From the NCBI GenBank assembly GCA_943788935.1, contig CALSSE010000016.1:1759-65758 (forward strand): DNA of 64,000 nucleotides, in the 5' to 3' direction. The first letter of the stretch is position 1. Every line of letters begins with the position of its first letter. Both the position numbers and the translations under genes were made by a program. Under the pieces are notes generated by a model. That model made no database searches and was not told the origin of the DNA. It worked only from the letters and a program-made list of their open reading frames with translations. Positions 1 through 10,104 of the stretch are shown one piece after another. The stretch is from an uncultured bacterium. GTDB lineage: Bacteria; Myxococcota_A; Bradymonadia; UBA7976; VGTA01.

Positions 1-3000
1 GGGCCAGGTCGTTGTCATCATCAGGATCCCCTGCGTCACAAAGACCATCGGTATCGAAGTCTACCCCGTCGTTGGCGACATCAAAGGTGCCGTTGGCGCA
101 ATCATCACAGGTATCGGCATCAGTGTCAGAGCAGACATTTGGATCATTGTCGTCGCTGTCATCGGCATCTAGCGCATTATCGTTGTCGTCATCAGGGTCA
201 CCGGCATCACAGAGGCCATCGGTGTCGAAATCTACTCCGTCATTGGCAGGATCAAAACTACCGTTAGTGCAGTCATCACAGGTGTCAGCGTCAGTATCAG
301 AGCAGACATTAGGATCATTACTATCGCTGTCGTCTCCGTCTAATGAGCCATCATTATCGTCATCAGGGTCACCTGCATCGCAGAGACCATCGCCTTCGAA
401 GTCTACCCCGTCGTTAGCTGGGTCAAAGGTGCCATTGACACAGTCATCACAGGTGTCGGCGTCGGTGTCAGAGCAGACGTTGGGATCATTATCATCGCTG
501 TCATCGGCGTCCAATGAACCATCATTGTCATCATCAGGGTCGCCGGCATCACAGAGGCCATCGCCTTCGAAGTCGGCACCATCATTGGCAGGATCAAAGG
601 TACCATTGATGCAGTCATCACAGGTATCAGCGTCGGTGTCAGAGCAGACATTTGGATCATTGTCGTCGCTGTCATCAGCGTCGAGAGCGCCGTCATTGTC
701 ATCGTCGGGGTCGCCGTCGTCACAGAGGCCATCGGTATCGAAGTCCACACCATCGTTGGCTGGGTCGAAGGTCCCGTTGGCGCAGTCATCACAAGCATCT
801 GTATCGGTGTCAGAGCAGACATTTGGATCATTGTCGTCGCTGTCATCGGCATCTAGCGCGTTGTCGTTGTCATCATCAGGATCCCCTGCGTCACAAAGAC
901 CATCGGTATCGAAGTCTACCCCGTCGTTGGCAGGATCGAATGTCCCGTTACTACAATCATCACAGGTATCGGCATCAGTGTCAGAGCAGACATTTGGATC
1001 ATTGTCGTCGCTGTCATCGGCATCTAGCGCGTTGTCGTTGTCATCATCAGGGTCCCCAGCATCACAGAGGCCATCGGTGTCGAAATCTACTCCGTCATTG
1101 GCAGGATCAAAGCTACCGTTAGTGCAGTCATCACAGGTGTCAGCGTCGGTATCAGAGCAGACATTTGGATCATTATCATCGCTGTCATCTCCGTCTAATG
1201 AACCGTCGTTGTCATCATCAGGGTCACCTGCATCGCAGAGACCATCGCCTTCGAAGTCTACCCCGTCGTTCGCTGGATCAAAGGTGCCATTGACACAGTC
1301 ATCACAGGTGTCGGCGTCGGTGTCAGAGCAGACGTTCGGGTCATTGTCATCGCTGTCATCAGCGTCTAGAGCGCCGTCATTGTCATCGTCGGGATCGCCA
1401 TTGTCACAGAGTCCATCGGTATCGAAGTCCACACCGTCGTTGGCAGGATCAAAGGTACCATTGATGCAGTCGTCACAGCTGTCAGCGTCAGTGTCAGAGC
1501 AGACGTTGGGATTATTGTCATCGCTGTCATCAGCGTCGAGAGCGCCGTCATTATCATCGTCAGGATCACCGTCGTCACAGAGGCCATCGGTATCGAAGTC
1601 TACCCCGTCGTTAGCAGGGTCGAAGGTGCCGTTAGCGCAGTCATCACAGCTGTCCGTATCGGTGTCAGAGCAGACGTTGGGGTTATTATCATCGCTGTCG
1701 TCAGCATCTAAAGCGAGGTCGTTGTCATCATCAGCGTCGCCATCATCACAAGCACCATCACCATCGAAGTCTACCCCGTCATTGGCAGGATCGAATGTCC
1801 CGTTACTACAATCATCACAGGTATCGGCATCAGTGTCAGAGCAGACATTTGGATCATTGTCGTCGCTGTCATCGGCATCTAGCGCGTTGTCGTTGTCATC
1901 ATCAGGGTCCCCAGCATCACAGAGGCCATCGGTGTCGAAATCTACTCCGTCATTGGCAGGATCAAAGCTACCGTTAGTGCAGTCATCACAGGTGTCAGCG
2001 TCGGTATCAGAGCAGACATTTGGATCATTATCATCGCTGTCATCTCCGTCTAATGAACCGTCGTTGTCGTCATCTGGATCGCCTGCATCGCAGAGACCAT
2101 CGCCTTCGAAGTCTACACCGTCATTGGCAGGATCAAAGGTGCCATTGACACAGTCATCACAGGTGTCGGCGTCGGTGTCAGAGCAGACGTTCGGGTCATT
2201 GTCATCGCTGTCATCAGCGTCTAGAGCGCCGTCATTGTCATCGTCGGGATCGCCATTGTCACAGAGTCCATCGGTATCGAAGTCCACACCGTCGTTGGCA
2301 GGATCAAAGGTACCATTGATGCAGTCGTCACAGGTGTCAGCGTCAGTGTCAGAGCAGACGTTGGGATTATTGTCATCGCTGTCATCAGCGTCGAGAGCGC
2401 CGTCATTATCATCGTCAGGATCACCGTCGTCACAGAGGCCATCGGTATCGAAGTCTACCCCGTCGTTAGCAGGGTCGAAGGTGCCGTTAGCGCAGTCATC
2501 ACAGCTGTCCGTATCGGTGTCAGAGCAGACGTTGGGGTTATTATCATCGCTGTCGTCAGCATCTAAAGCGAGGTCGTTGTCATCATCAGCGTCGCCATCA
2601 TCACAAGCACCATCACCATCGAAGTCTACCCCGTCATTGGCAGGATCGAATGTCCCATTACTACAATCATCGCAGGTATCACTATCAGTGTCAGAGCAGA
2701 CATTTGGATCATTGTCATCGCTGTCATCGGCATCAAGCGCGTTGTCGTTGTCATCATCAGGGTCTCCGGCATCACAGAGGCCATCGGTGTCGAAATCTAC
2801 TCCGTCATTGGCAGGATCAAAACTACCGTTAGTGCAGTCATCACAAGTGTCAGCGTCGGTATCAGAGCAGACATTTGGATCATTATCATCGCTATCATCT
2901 GCGTCTAATGAACCGTCGTTGTCATCATCTGGATCACCTGCATCGCAGAGACCATCGCCTTCGAAGTCTACCCCGTCGTTCGCTGGGTCAAAGGTGCCAT

Positions 3001-5650
3001 TGACACAGTCATCACAGGTGTCAGCGTCGGTGTCAGAGCAGACGTTCGGATCATTGTCATCGCTGTCGTCAGCGTCTAGAGCGCCGTCATTGTCATCATC
3101 AGGATCACCGGCATCACAGAGCCCATCCCCCTCGAAATCCACACCGTCGTTGGCGGGATCAAAGGTACCGTTGACGCAGTCATCACAGGTGTCGGCGTCG
3201 GTATCAGAGCAGATATTTGGATCGTTGTCATCGCTGTCATCAGCGTCTAGAGCGCCGTCATTATCATCGTCAGGGTCACCGTTGTCACAGAGCCCATCGG
3301 TATCGAAGTCTACTCCGTCGTTAGCGGGATCAAAGGTCCCGTTGGCGCAGTCATCACAGGTATCCGTATCGGTGTCAGAGCAGACGTTGGGGTTATTATC
3401 ATCGCTGTCATCAGCATCGAGAGCGAGGTCATTGTCATCATCAGGATCCCCTGCATCACAAAGACCATCGGTATCGAAGTCTACCCCGTCGTTGGCAGGA
3501 TCGAAGGTCCCGTTACTACAATCATCACAGGTGTCAGTATCGGTGTCAGAGCAGACATTTGGATCATTGTCATCGCTGTCATCGGCATCTAACGCGTTGT
3601 CGTTGTCATCATCAGGGTCCCCAGCATCACAGAGGCCATCGGTATCGAAATCAAACCCATCATTGGCGAGGTCGAAGCTGCCATTAGTGCAGTCATCACA
3701 GGTGTCAGCGTCATTGTCAGAGCAAACAGTCGAATCATTATCATCGCTGTCATCGGCGTCCAATGAACCATCATTGTCGTCATCAGGGTCACCTGCATCG
3801 CAGAGGCCATCGCCTTCGAAGTCTACCCCGTCGTTAGCTGGGTCAAAAGTGCCATTGACACAATCATCACAGGTGTCAGCGTCGGTGTCAGAGCAGACGT
3901 TCGGGTCGTTATCATCGCTGTCATCAGCGTCCAATGAACCGTCGTTGTCATCATCAGGGTCACCGGCATCACAGAGACCATCTCCCTCGAAGTCCACACC
4001 GTCGTTAGCGGGATCAAAAGTACCGTTAACACAATCGTCACAGGTGTCAGCGTCGGTGTCAGAACAGACATTTGGATCATTGTCATCGCTGTCATCAGCG
4101 TCGAGAGCGCCGTCATTGTCATCGTCGGGGTCGCCGTCATCACAGAGCCCATCGGTATCGAAGTCTACGCCGTCGTTGGCAGGATCAAAGGTGCCATTAG
4201 CGCAGTCATCACAAGAGTCTGTATCGGTGTCAGAGCAGACATTTGGATCATTATCATCGCTGTCATCAGCGTCGAGGGCTAGGTCGTTGTCATCATCAGG
4301 ATCCCCTGCATCACAAAGACCGTCAGTATCGAAGTCTACCCCGTCGTTGGCAGGATCGAATGTCCCATTACTACAATCATCGCAGGAATCAGTATCGGTG
4401 TCAGAGCAGACATTCGGGTTGTTATCGTCACTATCATCCGTATCGAGAGAACCATCGTTATCATCATCGGTGTCGCCCGCATCACAAATTCCATCACTGT
4501 CAAAGTCGGCGCCATCGTTCGCTATATCGAAAGTACCGTTAGAGCAGTCATCACAGGTGTCGCCGTCGTTATCAGAGCAAACATTTGGATTATTACCATC
4601 GCTGTCATCAGCATCGAGAGACCCATCATTGTCATCATCGGGATCACCGGCATCACATAAGCCATCTCCTTCGAAATCGACTCCGTCATTAGCCGGGTCA
4701 AAGGTACCATTGACACAGTCTTCACAGGTGTCAGCGTCGGTGTCAGAGCAGACGTTCGGGTCATTATCATCGCTGTCATCGGCGTCCAATGAACCGTCAT
4801 TGTCATCATCGGGATCACCGGCATCACATAAGCCATCTCCCTCGAAATCTGCTCCATCGTTAGCTGGGTCAAAGGTGCCGTTGACACAGTCATCACAGGT
4901 GTCAGCATCGGTGTCAGAGCAGATGTTTATATTATTGTCATCGCTGTCATCGGCATCGAGAGCGCCGTCATTGTCATCATCGGGGTCACCATCGTCACAG
5001 AGACCATCAGTATCGAAGTCTACTCCATCGTTAGCAGGGTCGAAGGTACCGTTGGCGCAGTCATCACAAGCATCTGTATCGGTATCTGAGCAGACATTGG
5101 GGTTATTATCATCGCTGTCGTCAGCGTCGAGGGCATTATCATTGTCATCATCTGGATCACCGGCATCACAGAGACCATCGGTGTCGAAATCAGCCCCGTC
5201 GTTGGCAGGATCGAATGACCCGTTACTACAATCATCGCAGGTGTCAGCATCGGTGTCAGAGCAGATGTTTGGATCATTGTCATCGCTGTCATCGGCATCG
5301 AGAGAACCATCGTTGTCATCATCGGTATCGCCCGCATCACAGATTCCATCATTGTCGAAGTCTGCGCCATCATTCGCTATATCGAAGGTGCCATTAGCGC
5401 AGTCATCACAGGTATCGCCGTCGTTATCAGAGCAGACATTTGGATCATTATCATCGCTGTCATCAGCATCGAGAGACTCATCATTGTCGTCATCGGGATC
5501 ACCGGCATCACAGAGGCCATCGGTATCGAAATCAGCTCCGTCGTTAGCGGGGTCAAATGTGCCACTGGTACAGTCATCACAGGTATCTGCATCACTATCT
5601 GAACAGGTGTTTGGATCATTGTCATCGCTGTCATCAACATCGAGAGAGCC
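1..5650 (-). repeat. Near-perfect tandem array of a 171-bp (57-aa) unit, ~33 copies, with 855-bp (5-unit) higher-order periodicity; encodes Asp-rich TSP3-like Ca-binding modules
   Basis: Spurious track ORFs 1366..1587 and 2221..2442 are virtually identical and lie 855 nt apart. Likewise 1795..1977 vs 2650..2832 and the tail of 652..1122 (at 940) are spaced 855 nt. The plus-frame translation shows a 57-aa period (SSSGSPASQRPSVSKSTPSLAGSK...). Confidence 0.85.
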
Positions 5651-8600
5651 ATCATTGTCATCATCGAGATCTTCGACGGCGTCTTGGCATCCATCACCGT
5701 CAAAGTCTGTATTTGCTGCAGATGGGCCCCATGCTAGATCTCCCTTGGCACAGTCGTCATTGCCATTGGTCACCCCATCATTGTCATCATCATTATCTTC
5801 GGTAGAGTCACGGCAACCATCGGTGTCATAATCTTCAGCGGCGTCTGAGATCCATCCAGTCTCACCGGTCGCACATTGGTCAGCGGTGTCACTGATACCA
5901 TCATTGTCATCATCTAGATCTTCGGGGTCGCTGTCCCGGCAACCATCTTGATCATGATCTTCAGCAATATCTGATGAGTCCCAGCCGGTGACACCTGAAG
6001 GACACTGGTCTACGGTATCAAGAGAGCCATCATTGTCATCATCAAGGTCCTCTGTTGCGTCTTCACAACCATCGGCATCATTATCATTGGCGAGCGCTGA
6101 GGGCCCCCAACCGAGGTTTCCTTTACGACAAAGGTCATCGGTATCTAGAACGCCATCGTTATCATCATCGGTCTCCTCGGGATGATCATCTTTACACCCG
6201 TCGCTATCGTAGTCAGTCACTCCGTTGGAGGTCCAACCTGTCTCTCCATTGGGACAGAGGTCGTTAATATCAACAATACCATCAGCGTCAGCATCTTCGA
6301 CACAGACTGACGGTTCACCGGTACAGACCGAACCAGGCTCAACAGCGCATCCCGCAGAGCAACCATCTCCAAAGGCCGTGTTTCCATCATCACAGGTCTC
6401 AAAGCCTGGGTCGCCGAGGTTAAGCCCAACACGGATGATCCCGTCGCCACAAACGGCAGCGATGCAGCCGGCCTTACAGCCATCTTTATCACTGGCGTTT
6501 CCGTCATCACACTCCTCGAAGAGTAGATCACCGATGTTAAGGTCTGTTCGCTGTACACCATCGCCGCAGGTGGCGAATAAACAGTTGTTGAGGCAAGCAT
6601 CATCATCTTGACCATTGGCGTCATCACACTGTTCATTGGAGTCGACAACGTTATCTCCACAGCCAGACGCTTCACAATTAGAGCGACAAGCGTCAGGGAG
6701 GAAGTCACTGTTATTGAAGCTATCATCACAAGTCTCATTAGCGGTGAGATTTAAGATTCCATCTCCACACACGCTAGAGCTACAGTCTGCGTTACAGACG
6801 GCGCTCTCTCCACTGTCATCACAATCTTCACTCGCGGATGCATTTGTGATCCCATCACCACAAATAGAGGGGCTACAGTCAGCGTTACAGGTGGCGCTCT
6901 CCCCTCCATCATCACAAGACTCACCAGAAGCGGTGTTGACGATACTATCTCCGCAGGAGGAGAAGGAGCAATTAGCGTTACAGGTGAGCGTATTTACTCC
7001 ACCTTCGTCGCAATCTTCACCAAACTGAACGACTCCATTGCCACAGAACTCGATGCCACAGGCAGAGTCACAGCCATCTCCGTCAGCAGTGTTTCCATCA
7101 TCACATTCTTCTGCTCCTTGTTGTACGCCATTACCGCAGACCTCAGGGGTACAGGTAGAGTCACAGCCATCACCAGCGACAGTATTTCCATCATCGCAGG
7201 TCTCGTAGGCGCCAGGTGTAGGTGTGCCTTGTCCAAAGGAGTTGTCACCCCAGCAGACGATTTGGTTATTAAAGTCAACTGCACATGAATGGGTAAACCC
7301 AACATCGACGCTGATGAATGGACCGGCGGGAGCGTTGAGTTGACCATCAAAGTTATCACCCCAGCAGATGACGTCATCATTGGTGTCACGAGCACAAGTG
7401 TGGGAGAAGTGAGAGGCGACCTCTACATAGTTACCTGCAGGCGCATCACATTGCCCAAAGTCATTGTTACCCCAGCAATCGATCGCGCCTGTTGTTGAGA
7501 GCGCACAGGTGAAGTTACCGCCAGCGCTGAGGTCTGTATATGTTCCAGCTGGAGCGTTGAGCTGGCCTTGATCATTGTCACCCCAGCATTCAATGGTGCC
7601 ATTGTCTGTGACCGCGCACCCATGGAGCGATACGAAGTCCCCACCGATTGCCACTCGAGAGAAGGCACCTACAGGAGGGTCAGGGAAGATTCCAAAACCA
7701 TAATCCATCTCACCCCAACAGATGAGATCTCCATTTAATTGAACACCACAAGTTTGGTCCATCAGTCCTGGGCTGACATCCACCATGAGAACGTTAGGAG
7801 GCTCTGCTTGATTGAGGTCATTCGCTCCCCAACACTCTACTTCGTTAAGGGTGCCGATCGCGCAGGCATGAGCGCTACCAATCTCCATATGGCTGAATTG
7901 GCCCTCTGGTTTGCTCTTGGTGGCGTTAACCCCGACGAGGGTTTCACCCCAACAATTGATATAGTCGTCAGTCATGATACCGCAGCTCTGAGCCGAGCCA
8001 CCAGAGACGTTAAGGTAACGTCGTTCATAGGTCTGAATAACCCCATTACCGCACTCTTCGATGACGCATAAGTCATCACAGCCATCAGAGATACCTACGT
8101 TCCCATCATCACACTGCTCACCGGTGTCGATGACGCTATCTCCGCATGCGGGGACTTGGCAACTGATGCGACATGCATCGGGGGCAGTATCGCTGTTGTT
8201 AGCTCCATTATCACAGAACTCACCGGAGTCTTGTACACCGTCACCACAAAAAGCGACTTGGCAGCTCGTACGACAACCATCTACAGCGTTATCATCGTTA
8301 CCTGCGCCTAAATCACAGCCCTCACTACTGTCTTGAATACCGTCTCCACAAGAGGCGATTTGACAGCTTGTGCGGCAAGCATCGGCGAGAGTGTCGGAAT
8401 TATTGAGTCCATCATCACACCCCTCGCCGGGATCTGTGACCCCGTCACCGCAGCCGGGGAGCTGACAATTCGTGCGGCAAGCGCCAGGGTTGAGGTCGTT
8501 ATTATTGATACCATCGTCACAGCTCTCAGTTCCCTGAATGACGCCATCACCACAGATTTGCTCTTCACAGTTGTTATTACAGCCATTGTTGTCATCTTGA

Positions 8601-9943
8601 TCACCATCATCACAATCTTCTCCGAGGTGGGCTTGAATTACACCATTCCCACACTCTTCCACGAAGCAGTTCTCATCACAGCCATCATTGTTCGTGGTAT
8701 TTCCATCATCACAGGTCTCACCAATTGAGCCTTGAAGCACTCCATTGCCACAGATCTCTTCGTTGCAGTTGAGATCACAGCCGTCACCGTTCAGAGCATT
8801 CCCATCATCACAAGACTCACCGAATTGTAGCACTCCATTCTGACAAACCTCGTCAATACAAGACTCATCGCAGCCGTCACCGACATCTAGGTTGCCATCA
8901 TCGCACTCTTCAGAGCCTTGGAGTAGTCCGTTGCCACATTCGAGCAAACAAGAGGCACCGCAACCATCATTATCTTGACGGTTCCCGTCGTCACACTGCT
9001 CATAATCATCAAGTACCCCATCACCGCAGGTTAAACGAGAGGCGATACGGAAGCCGACATAGACCTCTTCCTGCCTGAAGTTTAATCGCTGACGATATAG
9101 AGCAGTGGAGCGACTCGGAGCTAACGACCAACCACCACCTCTCACCACGCGGAAACGATTACCTGTCGAGCCGATATAGGGAGTCCCATCAGTGGGCTGA
9201 ACGTTATATCCCTGTTGATACCAGTCGGCGGTCCACTCAGCGGCGTTACCGATGAGGTCGCATATCCCCTGATCACTATCACCGTCTAGGAAGGTTGGGA
9301 GGTTAACCTGATCGGTGTGACTTCGAGAACAGACTGGTGAGGTCGAGAGCTGACCACATCCAAAAGAGCCATCTTTGAGAATCGCTCGATCACAGCTGCT
9401 CGCCTCATCTCCCCATGGGTAAAGCTGATCTTGGCCTTGACTTCGAGCAGCATATTCCCATTGAGCTTCACTGGGGAGAGAGAGTGTGTTTACGGTGTCT
9501 TTTTGGTTGAGCCAATCGCCGAATTCTACCGCTTGAGACCAACTCAAACAGTTGACTGGGTGAGTCTCCCGTCCGGCTCTTCCCCAGTTACAGAATGTAC
9601 CAACTTTAGGCTCTGAACAGACACCCTCATCAACACACGCTTGGTATTGATAAATGGTAATCTCAGCCCTTGAGAGACTAAAGTTTTCTATGGTCACTAA
9701 TTTGAGAGGTCTCGCTGCACTATCAGAGCTATCTCCGCGAAGATAGACGCCTCCCGATAGTGGGACGAGCTCGATTGTACTGTCGAGCTCGCAGGTGCTT
9801 GAACAACCATCTCCTTCTCTGGTGTTTCTATCATCACAAGTCTCGGGTGGTGTGATGACCCCATCTCCGCACAGAGGTGCTTGTGCATAGACACTGAATG
9901 GGCTTAAGAGAAGGGTAAGCGCGATCAACGGTGAGTAGCGCAT
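1..9943 (-). CDS. Giant secreted multidomain repeat protein, 3'-partial (>3,300 aa in window; C-terminus lies beyond position 1). Order: signal peptide, FGE/SUMF1-like domain, Myxococcus-type Cys-rich repeats, RCC1-like repeats, more Cys-rich repeats, TSP3-like Ca-binding repeats, then a ~33x 57-aa D-rich tandem array
   Basis: Hand translation of the minus strand from ATG (rc of cat at 9941-9943) gives MRYSPLIALTLLLSPFSVYAQAPLCGDGVITPPETCDD... An SD-like GGGAGA sits 4 nt upstream. The FGE-like block carries the RVVRGGGWSLAPSRS motif. About 23 units of the CGDGx(5-8)ExCDDGNx(3-6)DGCx(3)C form follow, plus ~7 repeats of the ..C.......G.I.CWGDNxxGQ (RCC1) form. The frame then stays open through DxDxDGxxDxxDxC repeats to position 1 (...SLDADDSDDNDPNVCSDTDADTCDDCANGTFDVANDGVDFDTDGLCDAGDPDDDND...). 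The track omits this ORF because it has no stop inside the window. Confidence 0.85.
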   Translation of the reverse strand, partial: MRYSPLIALTLLLSPFSVYAQAPLCGDGVITPPETCDDRNTREGDGCSSTCELDSTIELVPLSGGVYLRGDSSDSAARPLKLVTIENFSLSRAEITIYQYQACVDEGVCSEPKVGTFCNWGRAGRETHPVNCLSWSQAVEFGDWLNQKDTVNTLSLPSEAQWEYAARSQGQDQLYPWGDEASSCDRAILKDGSFGCGQLSTSPVCSRSHTDQVNLPTFLDGDSDQGICDLIGNAAEWTADWYQQGYNVQPTDGTPYIGSTGNRFRVVRGGGWSLAPSRSTALYRQRLNFRQEEVYVGFRIASRLTCGDGVLDDYEQCDDGNRQDNDGCGASCLLECGNGLLQGSEECDDGNLDVGDGCDESCIDEVCQNGVLQFGESCDDGNALNGDGCDLNCNEEICGNGVLQGSIGETCDDGNTTNNDGCDENCFVEECGNGVIQAHLGEDCDDGDQDDNNGCNNNCEEQICGDGVIQGTESCDDGINNNDLNPGACRTNCQLPGCGDGVTDPGEGCDDGLNNSDTLADACRTSCQIASCGDGIQDSSEGCDLGAGNDDNAVDGCRTSCQVAFCGDGVQDSGEFCDNGANNSDTAPDACRISCQVPACGDSVIDTGEQCDDGNVGISDGCDDLCVIEECGNGVIQTYERRYLNVSGGSAQSCGIMTDDYINCWGETLVGVNATKSKPEGQFSHMEIGSAHACAIGTLNEVECWGANDLNQAEPPNVLMVDVSPGLMDQTCGVQLNGDLICWGEMDYGFGIFPDPPVGAFSRVAIGGDFVSLHGCAVTDNGTIECWGDNDQGQLNAPAGTYTDLSAGGNFTCALSTTGAIDCWGNNDFGQCDAPAGNYVEVASHFSHTCARDTNDDVICWGDNFDGQLNAPAGPFISVDVGFTHSCAVDFNNQIVCWGDNSFGQGTPTPGAYETCDDGNTVAGDGCDSTCTPEVCGNGVQQGAEECDDGNTADGDGCDSACGIEFCGNGVVQFGEDCDEGGVNTLTCNANCSFSSCGDSIVNTASGESCDDGGESATCNADCSPSICGDGITNASASEDCDDSGESAVCNADCSSSVCGDGILNLTANETCDDSFNNSDFLPDACRSNCEASGCGDNVVDSNEQCDDANGQDDDACLNNCLFATCGDGVQRTDLNIGDLLFEECDDGNASDKDGCKAGCIAAVCGDGIIRVGLNLGDPGFETCDDGNTAFGDGCSAGCAVEPGSVCTGEPSVCVEDADADGIVDINDLCPNGETGWTSNGVTDYDSDGCKDDHPEETDDDNDGVLDTDDLCRKGNLGWGPSALANDNDADGCEDATEDLDDDNDGSLDTVDQCPSGVTGWDSSDIAEDHDQDGCRDSDPEDLDDDNDGISDTADQCATGETGWISDAAEDYDTDGCRDSTEDNDDDNDGVTNGNDDCAKGDLAWGPSAANTDFDGDGCQDAVEDLDDDNDGSLDVDDSDDNDPNTCSDSDADTCDDCTSGTFDPANDGADFDTDGLCDAGDPDDDNDESLDADDSDDNDPNVCSDNDGDTCDDCANGTFDIANDGADFDNDGICDAGDTDDDNDGSLDADDSDDNDPNICSDTDADTCDDCSNGSFDPANDGADFDTDGLCDAGDPDDDNDNALDADDSDDNNPNVCSDTDTDACDDCANGTFDPANDGVDFDTDGLCDDGDPDDDNDGALDADDSDDNNINICSDTDADTCDDCVNGTFDPANDGADFEGDGLCDAGDPDDDNDGSLDADDSDDNDPNVCSDTDADTCEDCVNGTFDPANDGVDFEGDGLCDAGDPDDDNDGSLDADDSDGNNPNVCSDNDGDTCDDCSNGTFDIANDGADFDSDGICDAGDTDDDNDGSLDTDDSDDNNPNVCSDTDTDSCDDCSNGTFDPANDGVDFDTDGLCDAGDPDDDNDLALDADDSDDNDPNVCSDTDTDSCDDCANGTFDPANDGVDFDTDGLCDDGDPDDDNDGALDADDSDDNDPNVCSDTDADTCDDCVNGTFDPANDGVDFEGDGLCDAGDPDDDNDGSLDADDSDDNDPNVCSDTDADTCDDCVNGTFDPANDGVDFEGDGLCDAGDPDDDNDGSLDADDSDDNDSTVCSDNDADTCDDCTNGSFDLANDGFDFDTDGLCDAGDPDDDNDNALDADDSDDNDPNVCSDTDTDTCDDCSNGTFDPANDGVDFDTDGLCDAGDPDDDNDLALDADDSDDNNPNVCSDTDTDTCDDCANGTFDPANDGVDFDTDGLCDNGDPDDDNDGALDADDSDDNDPNICSDTDADTCDDCVNGTFDPANDGVDFEGDGLCDAGDPDDDNDGALDADDSDDNDPNVCSDTDADTCDDCVNGTFDPANDGVDFEGDGLCDAGDPDDDNDGSLDADDSDDNDPNVCSDTDADTCDDCTNGSFDPANDGVDFDTDGLCDAGDPDDDNDNALDADDSDDNDPNVCSDTDSDTCDDCSNGTFDPANDGVDFDGDGACDDGDADDDNDLALDADDSDDNNPNVCSDTDTDSCDDCANGTFDPANDGVDFDTDGLCDDGDPDDDNDGALDADDSDDNNPNVCSDTDADTCDDCINGTFDPANDGVDFDTDGLCDNGDPDDDNDGALDADDSDDNDPNVCSDTDADTCDDCVNGTFDPANDGVDFEGDGLCDAGDPDDDNDGSLDGDDSDDNDPNVCSDTDADTCDDCTNGSFDPANDGVDFDTDGLCDAGDPDDDNDNALDADDSDDNDPNVCSDTDADTCDDCSNGTFDPANDGVDFDGDGACDDGDADDDNDLALDADDSDDNNPNVCSDTDTDSCDDCANGTFDPANDGVDFDTDGLCDDGDPDDDNDGALDADDSDDNNPNVCSDTDADSCDDCINGTFDPANDGVDFDTDGLCDNGDPDDDNDGALDADDSDDNDPNVCSDTDADTCDDCVNGTFDPANDGVDFEGDGLCDAGDPDDDNDGSLDGDDSDDNDPNVCSDTDADTCDDCTNGSFDPANDGVDFDTDGLCDAGDPDDDNDNALDADDSDDNDPNVCSDTDADTCDDCSNGTFDPANDGVDFDTDGLCDAGDPDDDNDNALDADDSDDNDPNVCSDTDTDACDDCANGTFDPANDGVDFDTDGLCDDGDPDDDNDGALDADDSDDNDPNVCSDTDADTCDDCINGTFDPANDGADFEGDGLCDAGDPDDDNDGSLDADDSDDNDPNVCSDTDADTCDDCVNGTFDPANDGVDFEGDGLCDAGDPDDDNDGSLDGDDSDSNDPNVCSDTDADTCDDCTNGSFDPANDGVDFDTDGLCDAGDPDDDNDNALDADDSDDNDPNVCSDTDADTCDDCANGTFDVANDGVDFDTDGLCDAGDPDDDNDLA
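7213..8023 (-). other. RCC1-like (regulator of chromosome condensation / beta-propeller blade) repeat region, ~7 repeats
   Basis: Repeated blocks such as HACAIGTLNEVECWGANDLNQAEPP, CAVTDNGTIECWGDNDQGQLNAPAG and CALSTTGAIDCWGNNDFGQCDAPAG in the translated minus strand. Confidence 0.6.
9031..9781 (-). other. FGE/sulfatase-modifying-factor-like (formylglycine-generating-enzyme fold) domain of the giant protein
   Basis: Motifs YLRGDS, GTFCNWGR, NLPTFLDGD and RVVRGGGWSLAPSRSTALYRQR lie at aa ~55-305 of the translated minus strand. Family assignment is by motif recall only. Confidence 0.6.
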
Positions 9944-10104
9944 GGAGTCTCCCTAATAGATGTGCGTACTAGCTTACTCCGTTAATTTCTAAAGATGGAT
10001 CATGGAGCGCTAGCAGTTATGATTGAGCTTACGTGTCGAAGCACGTATTGATACTTAGTACATACGGTAAACCCTTTTGGGGGCATGAATCAATCATCTA
10101 TTAT

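Noticed and set aside
12-5831. 1939-aa plus-strand ORF (SSSGSPASQRPSVSKSTPSLAGSK… repeats) listed in the track
   Set aside because: It is the antisense shadow of the 171-bp tandem array. The repeat unit lacks stops in several frames. It starts inside the repeat and ends where the repeat degenerates. The minus-strand frame connects seamlessly to non-repetitive FGE/RCC1/Cys-repeat domains, an SD and a signal peptide at 9943. The many 60-170-aa His/Cys/Arg-rich or Met/Thr-rich ORFs on either strand between 400 and 9900 are the same artefact.
6217-8728. Several 100-170-aa ORFs on both strands (e.g. 6217..6738-, 6615..7028+, 7739..8071+, 8333..8728+)
   Set aside because: All lie inside the giant minus-strand gene in other frames, have biased low-complexity composition, and have no independent start signals. 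They are overlap artefacts of Cys/Asp-rich repetitive coding sequence.
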